A DNA stretch of 64,000 nucleotides from Heptranchias perlo (Eukaryota): assembly GCF_035084215.1 (NCBI RefSeq), contig NC_090363.1, positions 5,890,001 to 5,954,000 of the forward strand, read 5' to 3'. This document shows, in pieces, positions 38,273 through 51,029 of this stretch. The translations under genes were made by a program, and so were the position numbers. Each line of letters begins with the position of its first letter. Positions within the stretch are counted from its first letter, which is position 1. The notes under the pieces are model-generated. The model was not told where the DNA came from, searched no databases, and saw only the letters and a program-made list of their open reading frames with translations.

Positions 38273-38614
38273 GTTTCACTTCCAGTTTGGTCCCATTTCC
38301 GCTTCTTGCTCCTTCTCCCATTAAACGTATGCTGCAGAAATAGGTGTCTGCGTCTTTCTCAATCAAGTCAGAGATTTTAATGAATATTCTGTTCTTGAAA
38401 AATGAATCGCTCTCCGATTTATTCAGCCGACATTCATAAAATGGATTATTGTCCAGTTCGTACCCATTCGGGTCACCCCGTGTCCATGTAGCTGTACCGA
38501 TCAGAGATAGATTTCGTTCAGAATCCACGGCACAGTTCAGTGTCACCGACTCCCCCTCTTGTGCAGTTATAACGGGAGGGAACTGGAAAACGGTGAATGG
38601 CATCTTCCCACCTG
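38273..38614 (-). CDS. Gene C exon 2: VJ-type Ig domain, NKp30/NCR3-like
   Basis: 342 nt phase 1-1; tandem acceptor tttcactttacag|cag|, donor AAA C|gtaagt. FTVFQFPPVITAQEGESVTLNCAV...LSLIGTATWTRG...IFIKISDLIEKDADTYFCSIRLMGEGARSGNGTKLEVK resembles recalled NKp30 motifs (IGSVTW; YVCRVEVLGLGVGTGNGTRLVV). Confidence 0.93.
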
Positions 38615-39007
38615 CTGTAAAGTGAAACTTTAACATTAAACCCATTGTTTTTAATTGGAAGGAAAATCTGCCGGTGTCTGTGATAGGCGGCCTATCCGCA
38701 ACGCCCTGGCGACAAGTTGAACTCCCACCCCAGCAGCTGTGATTTTCCCACCAGCAGTTCACTGCATTCCAGGCCCTGATATGGCGTGGACCGCATAAAA
38801 TTCCATCCAATGCTCAAAGCTTCCAGCTATCTGGCTCGAGAAGGAAAAGATCTAATTCTCTTCACTACTTAATTGGACAGAATGGATCATGGGCATCCAT
38901 GAAATGTGTCTGTGTAATCTATGAAATAAACTGGACATTAACAAATACCTTACCAATTTCGCATCAAGTCACAGTTATCTAACTCTTTCAAAATGAAGAA
39001 AACAAAG

Positions 39008-40643
39008 GGGTAGATTTTCCTCCTTAATGTCGTGGCGTTAAACATCGCCTGAGCGAAGCACGCCCTTAGCTGTTCCAGTACAGCTACAACACTGGCATCT
39101 ACCCGACAATGTGGAAAATTGCCCAGATATGTCCTGTCCACAAAAAGCAGGTCAAATCCAATCCGGCCAATTGCCGCCCCATCATTCTACTCTCAATCAT
39201 CAGCAAAGTGATGGAAGGTGTCGTCGACAGTGCTATCAAGCAGCACTTACTTACCAATAACCTGCTCACCGATGCTCAGTTTGGGTTCCGCCAGGACCAC
39301 TCGGCTCCAGACCTCATTACAGCCTTGGTCCAAACATGGACAAAAGAGCTGAATTCCAGAGGTGAGGTGAGAGTGACTGCCCTTGATATCAAGGCAGCAT
39401 TTGACCGAGTGTGGCACCAAGGAGCCCTAGTAAAATTGAAGTCAATGGGAATCAGGGGGAAAACTCTCCAGTGGCTGGAGTCATACTTAGCACAAAGGAA
39501 GATGGTAGTGGTTGTTGGAGGCCAATCATCTCAGCCCCAGGACATTGCTGCATCTTCAGCTGCTTCATCAATGACCTTCCTTCCATCATAATGTCAGAAA
39601 TGGGGATGTTCGCTGATGATTGCACAGTGTTCAGTTCCATTCGCAACCTCTCAAATAATGAAGCAGTCCGAGCCTGCATGCAGCAAGATCTGGACAACAT
39701 CCAGGCTTGAGCTCATAAGTGGCAAGTAAAATTCACGCCAGACAAGTGCCAGGCAATGACCATCTCCAACAAGAGAGAGTCTAACCACCTACCCTAGACA
39801 TTCAATGGGATTACCATCGCCGAATCCCCCACCATCAACATTCTGGCGGTCACCATTGACCAGAAACTTAACTGGACCAGCCATATAAATACAGTGGCTA
39901 CGAGAGCAGGTCAGAGGCTGGGTATTCTGAGGCGAGTGACTCACCTCCTGACTCCCCAAAGCCTTTCCACCATCTGCAAGGCACAAGTCAGGAATGTGAA
40001 GGAATACTCTCCACTTGCCTGGATGAGTGCAGCTCCGACAACACTCAAGAAGCTCGACACCATCCAGGACAAAGCAGCCCGCTTGATTGCACCCCATCCA
40101 CCACCCTAAACATTCACTCCCTTCACCACCGGCGCACAGTGGCTGCAGCGTGTACCATCCACAGGATGCACTGCAGCAACTCGCCAAGGCTTCTTCGACA
40201 GCACCTCCCAAACCCGCGACCTCTACCACCTAGAAGGACAAGAGCAGCAGGCACATGGGAACAACACCACCTGCACGTTCCCCTCCAAGTCACACACCAT
40301 CCCGACTTGGAAATATATCGATGTTCCTTCATGGCCGCTGGGTCAAAATCCTGGAACTCCCTTCCTAACAGCACTGTGGGAGAACTTTCACCACACGGAC
40401 TGCAGCGGTTCAAGAAGGCGGCTCACCACCACCTTCTCAAGGGCAATTAGGGATGGGCAATAAATGCCGGCCTCTCCAGTGATGCCCACATCCCATGAAT
40501 AAATTAAAAAAATTGAACGCGCGGAATTTAAAGGGCAGGAAAATTCAGCGGATTGCGTTGGGGGCGTGCCAGCCAGATTTTTATTTCTGCGCTCCGCCCA
40601 GGCGATGCTTAACGCCCAGGCGGCAAATGCGAAAATCTACCCC
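39008..40643. mobile_element. MITE-like element with TIRs, interrupted by a LINE
   Basis: gggtagattttc...ggcgttaaacatcgcctgagcgaagc (39008-39060) is the imperfect inverted repeat of 40590-40643 (...gaaaatctaccc). Confidence 0.75.
39068..40513 (+). mobile_element. 5'-truncated non-LTR retrotransposon (CR1-group, distinct from the other CR1s), RT and 3' end
   Basis: WKIAQICPVHKK, AQFGFR, LDIKAAFDRVWH, FADD; AATAAA/A-rich tail. Confidence 0.92.
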
Positions 40644-41621
40644 TTTTTCGAAAGTACCTGCAGCTTTGAAAAGCTGTTACATAACCACCCAGCTCACGTT
40701 TCTGGACTTTGGCGCACAGGGCTTCCAGCGACGCTGAGGGGGCATTTTTTCTGCGGGTCTTGTACTGGCATTTTGCTCGCTGCCGAGTCGGGATAGAGTC
40801 TGCCGGAAATTCAGCTCTCCACATAACATTCGCCTGAAGATGATTTAATGGGCCCTGCAATGTCAGGTTTACAATCTGTCCGGATTTAAGATGTCTTTTT
40901 CAATCTGCTCTTCAATTAATTTAAAATGAAAAAGCACAAAATTAATCCACACATAAATATCACCAGCAAAATAGATATTCTGTGAATTCCTTACAATATC
41001 TGCGGGTGTCTGCAGATTTTTTTTGAGTTTCCTGAAACGTTAGAGCGGATACCTAAGATAAGTGGCCGGTGCAACTGGCCGAATTTTAAAATATATCAGA
41101 GAAAAAAAGTTACGGCCTTTATTAACAATACGGTAACAATTACATGCACTAGCGACATGGTTATATGCATTCAGAAACATTTTTCTTTGGTCTGCACTTC
41201 TGGAGAAACTGTAAACTGTCTTTCATTAACATACTTACCATATCGCTTACAATTAGTGTTCAGAGGAATTCCTGCTCTACAAATTTGGAAAACTGAACGA
41301 AATTAATTCTGATCAATGCCCAGATATGACGTGTCAAATATAAAGAAAGTAAAAATTGATCAAATATTATCCTTGCAGAGTATGGAACATAAAAAATAAC
41401 TCAAAGCAAAGAAGTTGACACCTGTCAAAAGCAACGCAAATGATCCAAGCAAATGAGAAACTCGGGAATGCTGAAATGCAGAAGTCACAGTATAGCAACT
41501 GCCCAAGCACAGTGGCGCCGTCACTTTACATTGCGTGAAATAAACTTATTTGTGTGTGTTACAGGAAAATTCCAGTAAGATAAAAGAATCAGGGAAAGGC
41601 TGGTACATTTGCGATTACATT

Positions 41622-42200
41622 GAATTACATACAATGTACAGTACAGGCATAGGCCATTCCGCCCAACTAGTCTATGCCGGTGTTTATGCTCCAACCGAGC
41701 CTCCTCCCACCCTATTTCATCTCATTCCAATAGCATAACCTTCTATTCCTTTCTCCCTCGTGTACTTATCTCGCTTCCCCTTAAAAGCATCTCTGCTATT
41801 CCCCTCAACTACTCCACGTGGTAGCGAGTTCCACATTCTAACCACTCGCTGGGTAAGGAAGCTTTGCCTGAATTTATTGGTGACTATCTTATATTTACGA
41901 CCAATAGTTTCGGATTCCCCATAAGTGGAAACATCTCCTCTCCGTCTACCCTATCAAATCCTTTCATAATTTTAAAGACCTCTATCAGGTCACCCCTCAA
42001 CCTTCTCTTTTCTAGATAAAAGAGCCCCAGTCTGTTTGGCCTTTCCTGATAGGTATAACCTCTCAGTTCTGGTATCTTCCTTGTAAATCTTTTTTGCACC
42101 TTCTCCAGTGCCTCTATATCCTTTTGGTAATATGGAGACCAGAACTGTTCACAATATTCTAAGTGTGGTCAAACCAAGATTCTATATCAGTTTAACATCA
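41622..42200 (-). mobile_element. CR1 3' fragment
   Basis: QKRFTRKIPELRGY...EKRRLRGDLIEVFK. Confidence 0.9.
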
Positions 42201-42446
42201 TTTTAAGTAATACATTCACCAATCGGAGACTGAGATCATTTCGAAAACTCTAATTGTGTGCAAAATATTCAATTTACATTGATTTCAATATTATAATTAG
42301 AATTATATAGTATTATGTAGTAAAGACGAGCATAAGTTAACTCGATCATTATACAGTAGCGATTCATACAACTTAACTAGAATATTAAATAGTACCGAGT
42401 GGTATAAGTAGAGCATTATATAATAACGTAGTATAAGTTAACTAAC

Positions 42447-42504
42447 CAGTGGTTAGCGGAAAGAGAATCAACTGTAAAATAATAATTTGTTGCATTAAAA
42501 CCAT
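42447..42504 (-). CDS. Gene C exon 1: signal peptide MVLMQQIIILQLILFPLTT
   Basis: 58 nt, ATG to G|gttagt (phase 1); paralogous to the gene B leader. Confidence 0.83.
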
Positions 42505-43884
42505 CGTCGATGTACACATGGCAGGATGGATTAGATGTGATGTTGCTCACAGACCAATACCGTCAACATCTTAAGTGTTAACGACATCGATGACAATATC
42601 TTTGGTCTTTGTATTGACGACACAGGATGCGAAGACTCCCGTGTTGCAGAAAATGAAACGGTGTTGGTCTTCAACGAAGAATTTTAACATTTAAGCAGTC
42701 GCATGGAAGTTGCAACCGCAATGTTGTCCGGCTATTTAGAGCGGGAGAAATGCAGAATGTTGCACGTATCAATAATAACTCGCTATACAGATGTACTTCC
42801 TGTTCTATTCTTGTAACACAGACACCACCCTACCGCTAGGTTTAGAGAACTGTTAGACCCGTCATAATAACTTCAAACTTGCCCAGCTTCGACAGAAGGC
42901 TAAGGGAAGGCAATTAGGGATATTGAGAATTCAGCTTACAATTCGAATGCAGATTAAATTTCAGATAAAATAACAATACGAACAATGATAAAAGCATCAG
43001 AGGCATTGAGACTAAGCCAGCAAGGATTAGTAAAAAGAATGGTTTATTCTGGATACGGATACAAAGGTGAAGCGTGTAACAAATTAACAAAAAATAATAC
43101 CGTTTAGAAAGGTAAGTAATCTGTACTATCTAACGTTGCTGTATCAGAGTGTCGTTAGAGACTTAACAGCGTCGTTGAAATAATAACAAAGACAAATATT
43201 TGGCTTTATTGATCCCTATTTAGGAACCGCCCGGTGCACCCTTAAGCTATAAAGACCAAAAATTCTCAGGTTCGATATCCGGCCTATTCTAATCTCAACC
43301 GAAGAATTTAGGGAAGTCAAATTGACTACTGCTGAACGTCATGGTTCTCATGGCCCTGCTTGCCAATATGAACAACGGCCATTTGGGCGAAGTACCAGGA
43401 GACCACAGTCAATCACCATTACAATGTCACGGGCTGTCTATCGATCATCCGCCGTCACTTAGGCGGAAGATCCGTGAAATCGCACAAACGGCTAACAGCG
43501 GTTGTTGACGCCGTATCACTGGCGATTCCGTGAGCTTCCTGCAAAGTTATTGCGGGAGATCGGGGGAACCCTGAAAAATTCTCCCCAGTGCCTCCAGGTG
43601 ACGGGAAGAAAAATAAACGTTTTTTCTGTTAACGGCAACATGACCAATATATCTGCCTTGCTGCTTGGATTCCATGAATATGGTATCGGTTTTCTAGAAT
43701 TGATCAAAATTCAGAAATAGGTTCTAACCGCATTTCTCACATTCTGTCGCACATTCTTGTGCTTACAGCATCGTCACCACAATCATTTTTTGACACTAGT
43801 GCAGAAAATGTTGTTACCCATTCCCCTAAGCCGCCCACAAGATCATTGCTGAACACAACACTGACCGTAAGTTCAAACCAACCA

Positions 43885-44525
43885 GGAACATAGGAATTAC
43901 TAGACGAAAAAAGACCAAGATCCATCTAGTTCGCCTTCAACCATCCTGGTAGTTGCATGATACAATGACAATGGAGTTGTTGACTAATCATAGTAATCAA
44001 TCTCTATCCATCAGTCTACAACAGACCCAGACATGAGGCGAGGATAACTCCAGTGATGGAGAACTTTGGGAACCATAAGTCTAAAGTCACATTTTTCCTC
44101 CCAAGCATGTTACACTTACTCACATGTCATGTCTCAAATTACTCACATGCTGCATCCCAAAATGTTATTTTCTGAAAGAAATCTATCTCATTTGCATTTG
44201 AATGAATCAATGCTAACTGCTTCCACCGTCTCCCCAGGGAATCGGTTGCATTGATTGAACATTCCCTCAATGAAATATTAGTTTTGAATTTAACTCCCCT
44301 CCAAGGGCAGGCCGAGTATTTTGGTTCTGCTTTTCTGGACAAAGTGAAATACCTTGTCATGGTCTAAATTATCTAATCCCTTTAGAATCCTAAAATCAGC
44401 AATCAGCTCACTTGTCAACCTCCTCTTTTGCAATTTGCATAATCGCTCCTCATAATACAATATCTCCAGCTCCTCAATGATCCAGGTTTCTCTCTTCTGT
44501 ATCCATTCAAGTGTTGCAATATCCG
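43885..44525 (-). mobile_element. Old CR1-like 3' fragment with a long 3' UTR
   Basis: ggaacataggaa tail; degenerate ORF2 end at 44220-44520. Confidence 0.6.
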
Positions 44526-46107
44526 TTATGCAAACTTTTCAATTGTGCTTGCCTGAGTGCATCTCCTGTAACGGAATGAAAACGCGGATTGAGGAATTAA
44601 TTTACAGCCGAGCGTAATATAATGTATGGAATATAACATATAATTTTCCATTATATATGATAAGCAGTTGCTGAATTAGGTAAACTGACGATATATATAA
44701 TACATTCTTTTTCATTTTATTCTTTAGAGTCACAACAATATAACATTTTCTCAAAAATATGATGATGGGTTCAATAGATGTTTTTGTTCCCTCCAACTCA
44801 GGGAGCCAGACCAAACGCATTATATCTCCACTTAAATGGGCATTGTTCCCAGAGTCTGCACAGCCATCCCAACAAAACCAGGAGGTCAAATTGGTCTTGG
44901 GCTGTAGCACAAATCGAGCGATACCGAATCCGCCGCCCGTTTTACACCCCGCCAGAAAGGAAAATCCGGCGGGCTGTAAAACGGGCGGCCCGTTCTGCAC
45001 TACCACCCAACATCAATTTCAACCTCACTGCCGTCAATGGCCACTCCCACAAAAGTAGGAGGAAGTAGGTTTTCGTCTTTACCACTTGGGCGATAATCTG
45101 GTGAAACGGATCGCCCATCCTATATAGAACTCGCCTGATTTTCATCCCATTGAAATCCATAAATCCACCCTTCAGGCGGTGAAGACGAAAATCTGCTCCA
45201 ATGGAGATTAAAATGTACAACGGCTTCACAAAGTAGATGCGTTCGAAAAACTAAATAAAAACATGGAACGTATTCACCCTGCCTAAAATTTATCAGCACT
45301 CAACCACTTGTGTATTAAAGGCCCCTCAATAATGTTCACCAGAGAATTTACAGAATTGAAATGTTGGAGATGCGCAAATCTCTTTATATCTCACGTATGT
45401 TTTTAGCTTAACTATACCCGGAAGTGGAGGAAATGGACCTTTCCATTGTACATGTCAATATCTGCCTGCTACTTGACTCAACGCGCATTAAAACCCAACC
45501 TGCGCATGTCAGGTCTATTTGGGTCCATACATATTTTATGATTAGATTAGCTGTTACTTTTTTTCTCGCCAACAATGTGCTTTGCACCTGTCACTGATTC
45601 CATTGATAACTAGAGAAAGCCTAGTAACAACTATTGCACTTCAATAATCGTGTATAGATCACATCGTATAGCAAGTGCAGCCGGCTCGACTACGACGCAT
45701 GCCGGGTTGGTGCAGATTCCTATTAAATGCATAGAAGCTGAATATCTAAAAACGTTCATTCCTTCTTAAATCTTTCTTTCTTGTCAACCACTGTTAAGAA
45801 AACGTTTTTATTACAGTTTACACATGTTAACGTTCAGTTTAATTACATAGCTCTTTCCATATATCAGCAGCCACAGACAGGAACCCTTCATGTGTGAGTA
45901 CATCGTTAAAATTCGCTTTAAACGATTCTATCAGTGGGTCCGCTAAATGACCTTTTGCACCATACAGAATAGGTTATATTTCTTTGAAAATCATCGCCAT
46001 AGGCCTGGATGTGATTAAAATAACATTGCACCGGGCGCCCCTGTGTCTCGTGCCTCCAGAGGTGGCACAACATTGGGATTCGAAGCAATCTTCAAAGGAT
46101 CCGCTGT

Positions 46108-46660
46108 AAACAAACATACTCACACACACACATACATCACACACACTACACTCACACACACAAGTGCACACAAACACACACACCACACATACACACATAT
46201 ACACACAAACAACACACCACACACACATTATACACACACCATACACACACATTACACACCACACATTCAAACAGCACATGAACACGCACACGCACACACA
46301 CTATGCACATTTGCATGCGCACAAACACACACACACCACACATACACACATATAGTCACAAACAACACGCCATACTCACCACACACACATCACACACACT
46401 ACACACTCAAACAGCACATGCACATGTACACACACAAACTATGCACACTTGCCTATGCACAAACGCACACACCACATACACACACAACCAACACACGACA
46501 CACATACACCAAACCACACACACACTTACCACACATACATGCTCCCCACAGAGATACATATACACACACACCACAGACATACACATGCACACACCACACA
46601 CATACACATACACACCACACACACAAGCACACACACACATACACACACATACATACTCAC
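46108..46660. repeat. Degenerate (CA)n low-complexity tract with internal duplications
   Basis: CA-rich 550 bp; the unit aaacagcacatg...actatgcaca...cacaaac occurs twice. Confidence 0.95.
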
Positions 46661-47109
46661 CAAACGGCCGTCATTAAAGAGCTACACAACTGGTAAAAAA
46701 TATTCGATTGAGTTAGGTTACCATAATCCTCCGGCTAATACAACACCTCAGATGGCCACTGGTTGTCTGTGTTTTGCCGGATATTCTGGAATGCCCCCAT
46801 ATCTAATTCATTTTGATATGGCTACACGTCGTCTTTAAAAACCTTTGATTAAATGAATTTGGTGTTTCCTTGGATGGGGTCCCAGGGCTTGAGGTGGACA
46901 AAGTGTTCAAATATTTAGCAGGGCACGTAAAGCAAGTTTCAATAAAAGTATTTCAATGCCAATCTAAGAATCTAAGTAGAACAATTCACCAAGACTTCCA
47001 TATCCTCACATTGAGAGACCTTCATCAAATATATGCACATTTCCTTCGTCTAAGAAAAAAAACAGCCATCAGAGATAACCCACGTTGTTAGAGTTAACAT
47101 AAAGAGCAT

Positions 47110-47925
47110 AGGCATGATTTTAACTCGGAAAAACGGGTGGGTTCGGGGCGGAGGGGGGAGGGGCAGTAAAAATTTTAAAAACCTAAAGCCTGCCCCCAAC
47201 CCGCCTCGAACCAGCCCATTTCTGGTTTTAACCGAGGCGGGACAAGGGGCGGTAGCTCTCAGGATGCGGGTTGGTCATTAAAAGCTTTCAAGGAGCCTGC
47301 GGACCTACATTTTAACAGATTTTTTTTTGTTTTTAAACCCTGGGGACTGGGATTCCTGGGCCTTCAACTTCACACCACGTGACAGGAGGCGAGAAGGCCC
47401 GAAACAGCAGGTAAGTGCCTTTATAGAACAGCTTGTGGGCCCAGGGGAAGCAGGAGTGTTTCTCCCAAGCCCAGCAAGCCTACCTGCTGTGACACCCCCC
47501 ATGATCTTCGACCCCACCCCACGATCTACAACCCACCCATGATTAACGACCCCCCCCCCCCATGATCTCCGACCTATGCGATAGCCCCCAGCTACCCCAA
47601 TGATTGACCTCCCGCTGACCCCAATGACTTAGCCCCAACCCCCATGACCCCCGATGACTGAGCCCCTCATGACCCTGATGACTGACCATTCACCCACAAT
47701 GGCCCCCAAATGACTGAGCCCCCTCATATCTAAGGCTTACTTGCTCGCATCCTCTTCCTTCCTCTTCTCCCGTCCGACTGAGGCCAGACTATCAATCGGG
47801 CGGGAGACCTATAAAAAATGACGTCCTTACGTCAAAATCGTCGGGAAATCCGCACTTCCCAGTTTCCCATCAAGAATTCCAACGCCCTCCTCCCCCCACT
47901 TCCTGATGAAAACAAACCCCATTGG
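47110..47925. mobile_element. GC-rich non-autonomous repeat with an internal C-rich tandem repeat
   Basis: Ends resembling ggcatgatttt / aaaacaaacccc; ccccatga/atgactga units at 47495-47730. Confidence 0.45.
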
Positions 47926-50411
47926 AACATATTTTTAAAACTGATGTAATAATACCAAGAAACAATTACTCGCAATATTTAGTACCGCTTTCTGTAAAGA
48001 TATAGATGTATATGTATATGCTCATGGAGTGCATCAATTCAAGGTCATTGTAGAAAATGAAATGGAAAGGATATTCACGATTGGAGAATTTATTCAGTCA
48101 GAAGAGTGTTTCCTTAGATGAATAAAATCAACAGTACACATTAGCAAAGCCACTCAGACGGAAAAATGAAGTTTACAAGCAATTACGACTTCATTCCAAA
48201 GCCCTCAAAGCCCCTCACATTGCGCTTTCCCCCCATTTACGCCACGACCTCTCTAAGCTCATCTATTTGATAATACCCACTCCCTAGTCTCTGGATCCAT
48301 CCCCTATTCAATTCTTGACCCCTGATCTTCCACTTCGGGCCCCTAATTCTAGTTAACATTGTTAACGGTTCCTTATCCCTTTCCCAGCGTCGAACTCTCA
48401 CCATTTCAAAACCACCATCTTTATGGACCTCCTAAAAAATCACCCTTTATCCGGGTGTCCTCTCAAAGCACTGCCCCATTGGTGTTTCAGAATGTTTTCA
48501 AAGGTAGACAAAGACGCAGCGAGGTGGAGGGGGCGGTTTAAAGCTCTGCCAGCAATGATGGGGCACAAAGATCCCTTAAAGAACTATATGCAACATAACA
48601 ACGAACCCTTTCAACAACAATAGGCTTCTTATTAACTTTAGGAGTCACACTTTAAAACAAAAAGTATACAAAGAAAGAAAATCATTCTGACCTCAGACTG
48701 ACGTAAGGATCCTACCAAGAGCAATTAGCCTCTAATTGACCCATGAGCCGTATCAATTGCACCTTGTGGCCTTAAAAGGATAGACCATGTAGACATGGGT
48801 GCGTTTTAGCATAAAAATGATACTTTGTTGGTTACTTAATGCTCAGATCCTTATAAAACATTGAATTCTCCACTTATGCAGCAGAACCATGGGAGATCTT
48901 TAATAAATAACATTGGCCGTTGAAGCACCGTTCCCTGAATGAACTAATAGACGCTACATTAGTAAAAAAAAGTGTACAATATTTAATAATTTTAAAGCAT
49001 GTTGTGAAATGGCAAGGTCCGGCGTTATAGGGTTAGAAAAGTTGCCTCAATCGTCGTTTGACTTCCGAACACGCCTGCGGGACTACATCCTCGCATAAAA
49101 GATTGTTCTACGTTCCTTCTCGGGCCGCCGTGAATCAGAGTGCGTTTGGAAGGCGTTTCCACCTGTATTACTATTGGGTGGGTAAAGACCATGTTCCCGT
49201 TAAAGGCTAACTGATAAAATCAATGCAACAACTTGTTATTGTTGGTTTCAATACATCTTTGTTAATTTCAGGAAATCGCTGATTGGTGGCGGTATCCTGA
49301 TTGATGTGCTGTGGAAGCATTCGTTTGGTCATGTTTGCGATTAGTCAGGATCACCTCGACCTGTAGCATTTCCTTTACTCCCTGGTTCAACATTAGAAGC
49401 GAGGCAAGTGGATCAGTTATGTAACAATATTAATAAACAGAATTGATACATATTCAATCATTTAATCACTTTGTGTCCAGGTATGGAGAAAGTGTTGTAT
49501 TTTCGAATTTGAAGTGAGCAGCGAAGTTATGGAGTTACTGAAAAGTTTATAACGGCAGTGAAGAGGAAGCCATATTCAATCGGCCAAGCTCGCCTTCCAT
49601 TCCAGGTTCCTGTGAGAGGCATTTTTCTTTGCCTTCTTTTTATTTTCCATTAGGTCGACAAGCTGTCTAATTTCTTTTGAACGCTCCCACAATAATTCTG
49701 CCAGCTGGAGCCTGTCTTTTAACTTTGAGGTTCTAACCCATTCAATTGCGTTTGCCTCCTGCTTCCCTCCCTTTGTCCTTTCTATTGGTTCAGCAAACAT
49801 TCCTTGTGTCTACCCACTCCACCAGCTAGCTTCGTGCTTTCTAAAACGTGGGTAAGCCCGCCCTACCCTTTGGTTTCTATTTTCAAAAAGGGCATCTTTT
49901 AATGACAAATAGTCACCATAAACTTAGGAACTAGTGGATCGCGGGCAGTGAAGTGGGAGATGGTAATCCAACAGCAACATTCAGATTCCTCGTAAATCAA
50001 GTGGATGTGATTTGTTTCTCAACTCAGCTCCTAGATTGAATTCACGTACAACCATCCAGTAAATAAATAATTGAAGGATGGTTTACTTCGACTTTTTCAA
50101 TCACGGTGTGCAGGCCATATTCATCCTGTATGCGTTTCTTTAAAGTGGCAAGGGCATTAATAAAATGGGTTTAATGAGGTTAACTTAAACAAACCTATAT
50201 TGTAGCCGATAAACTATTATTCACTGAGGGCTCCGTAAAGTAATTTATATTGTAGTAATGAGGGAGTGAACCTGTTTTACAAAGTGTGAGAATCCAGCCA
50301 AGAAAACTGCTTCAGACTTTCAACGCGAGTATTCAATTCGGTTCATCTTGTGGAGGTGATTATTGTATACACGCTGCAAACTGTCTAATGGACATTAGTT
50401 GATTATTCGAT

Positions 50412-50579
50412 GGGGGTTAATTTTAACTTCAAGTGATAATGTAAAATAGGCGCTATCGAATTGGTCAAACATTATACGTCCACCAGATCTTTCCTTCCAT
50501 TGACCAATTGAAAGGAAAATCGGCAGTGGTGTATAATAAGCACCAATTTTACACCTTCTCCCAAAGTTAAAATTACCCC
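50412..50579. mobile_element. Palindromic MITE-like element
   Basis: ggggttaattttaactt ... aagttaaaattacccc. Confidence 0.7.
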
Positions 50580-50603
50580 AACGTTCCTTCTCATTACTTG
50601 GTG

Positions 50604-50816
50604 GTCATGATGTGGAGATGCCGGTGATGGACTGGGGTTGACAATTGTAAACAATTTTACAACACCAAGTTATAGTCCAGCAATTTTATTTTAAATTCAC
50701 AAGCTTTCGGAGACTTCCTCCTTCCTCACCTGAGGAAGGAGGAAGTCTCCGAAAGCTTGTGAATTTAAAATAAAATTGCTGGACTATAACTTGGTGTTGT
50801 AAAATTGTTTACAATT
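50604..50816 (+). mobile_element. Short hairpin element (Penelope-like terminal repeat) with an 11-bp TSD
   Basis: Perfect 86-bp inverted repeat 50643-50728/50731-50816; attacttggtg at 50593-50603 and 50814-50824. Confidence 0.85.
50727..50761 (+). ncRNA. Minimal type I hammerhead ribozyme motif
   Basis: cac-CTGAgGA-a-ggag(gaagt)ctcc-GAAA-gctt-gtg: core CUGANGA/GAAA, stem II, palindromic AAGCTT stem III, stem I cac/gtg. Confidence 0.6.
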
Positions 50817-51029
50817 ACTTGGTGTATAGCTGATGGAGCAGCGACAGACCAAGGAAGTGTGACAGGATCAGAGAATGTAGAGTTTTTCCTCAGCAGGAGG
50901 TCTGCCTGACAGTGGAATCAAGCTTGAGGCTCGGTTCTCCCAAAAATTATATTTGAGTGGTTAAATCACTAAGTTGCTGACTTTGATATTCTTAAACTTC
51001 GAAAAGAAAAAAGGTTTACTGATGGAAGG

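Noticed and set aside
541-38614. Rearranging TCR/Ig locus
   Set aside because: V and J-like strands are in one exon, no RSS or C1 exons were seen, and TM exons follow V directly in genes B and C.
45974-46838. His/Thr-rich and Cys/Val-rich ORFs up to 217 aa
   Set aside because: Translation artefacts of the degenerate (CA)n tract.
50643-50816. CRISPR array, terminator or miRNA precursor
   Set aside because: Eukaryotic context with no spacers; TSDs and a second copy identify it as a mobile element.
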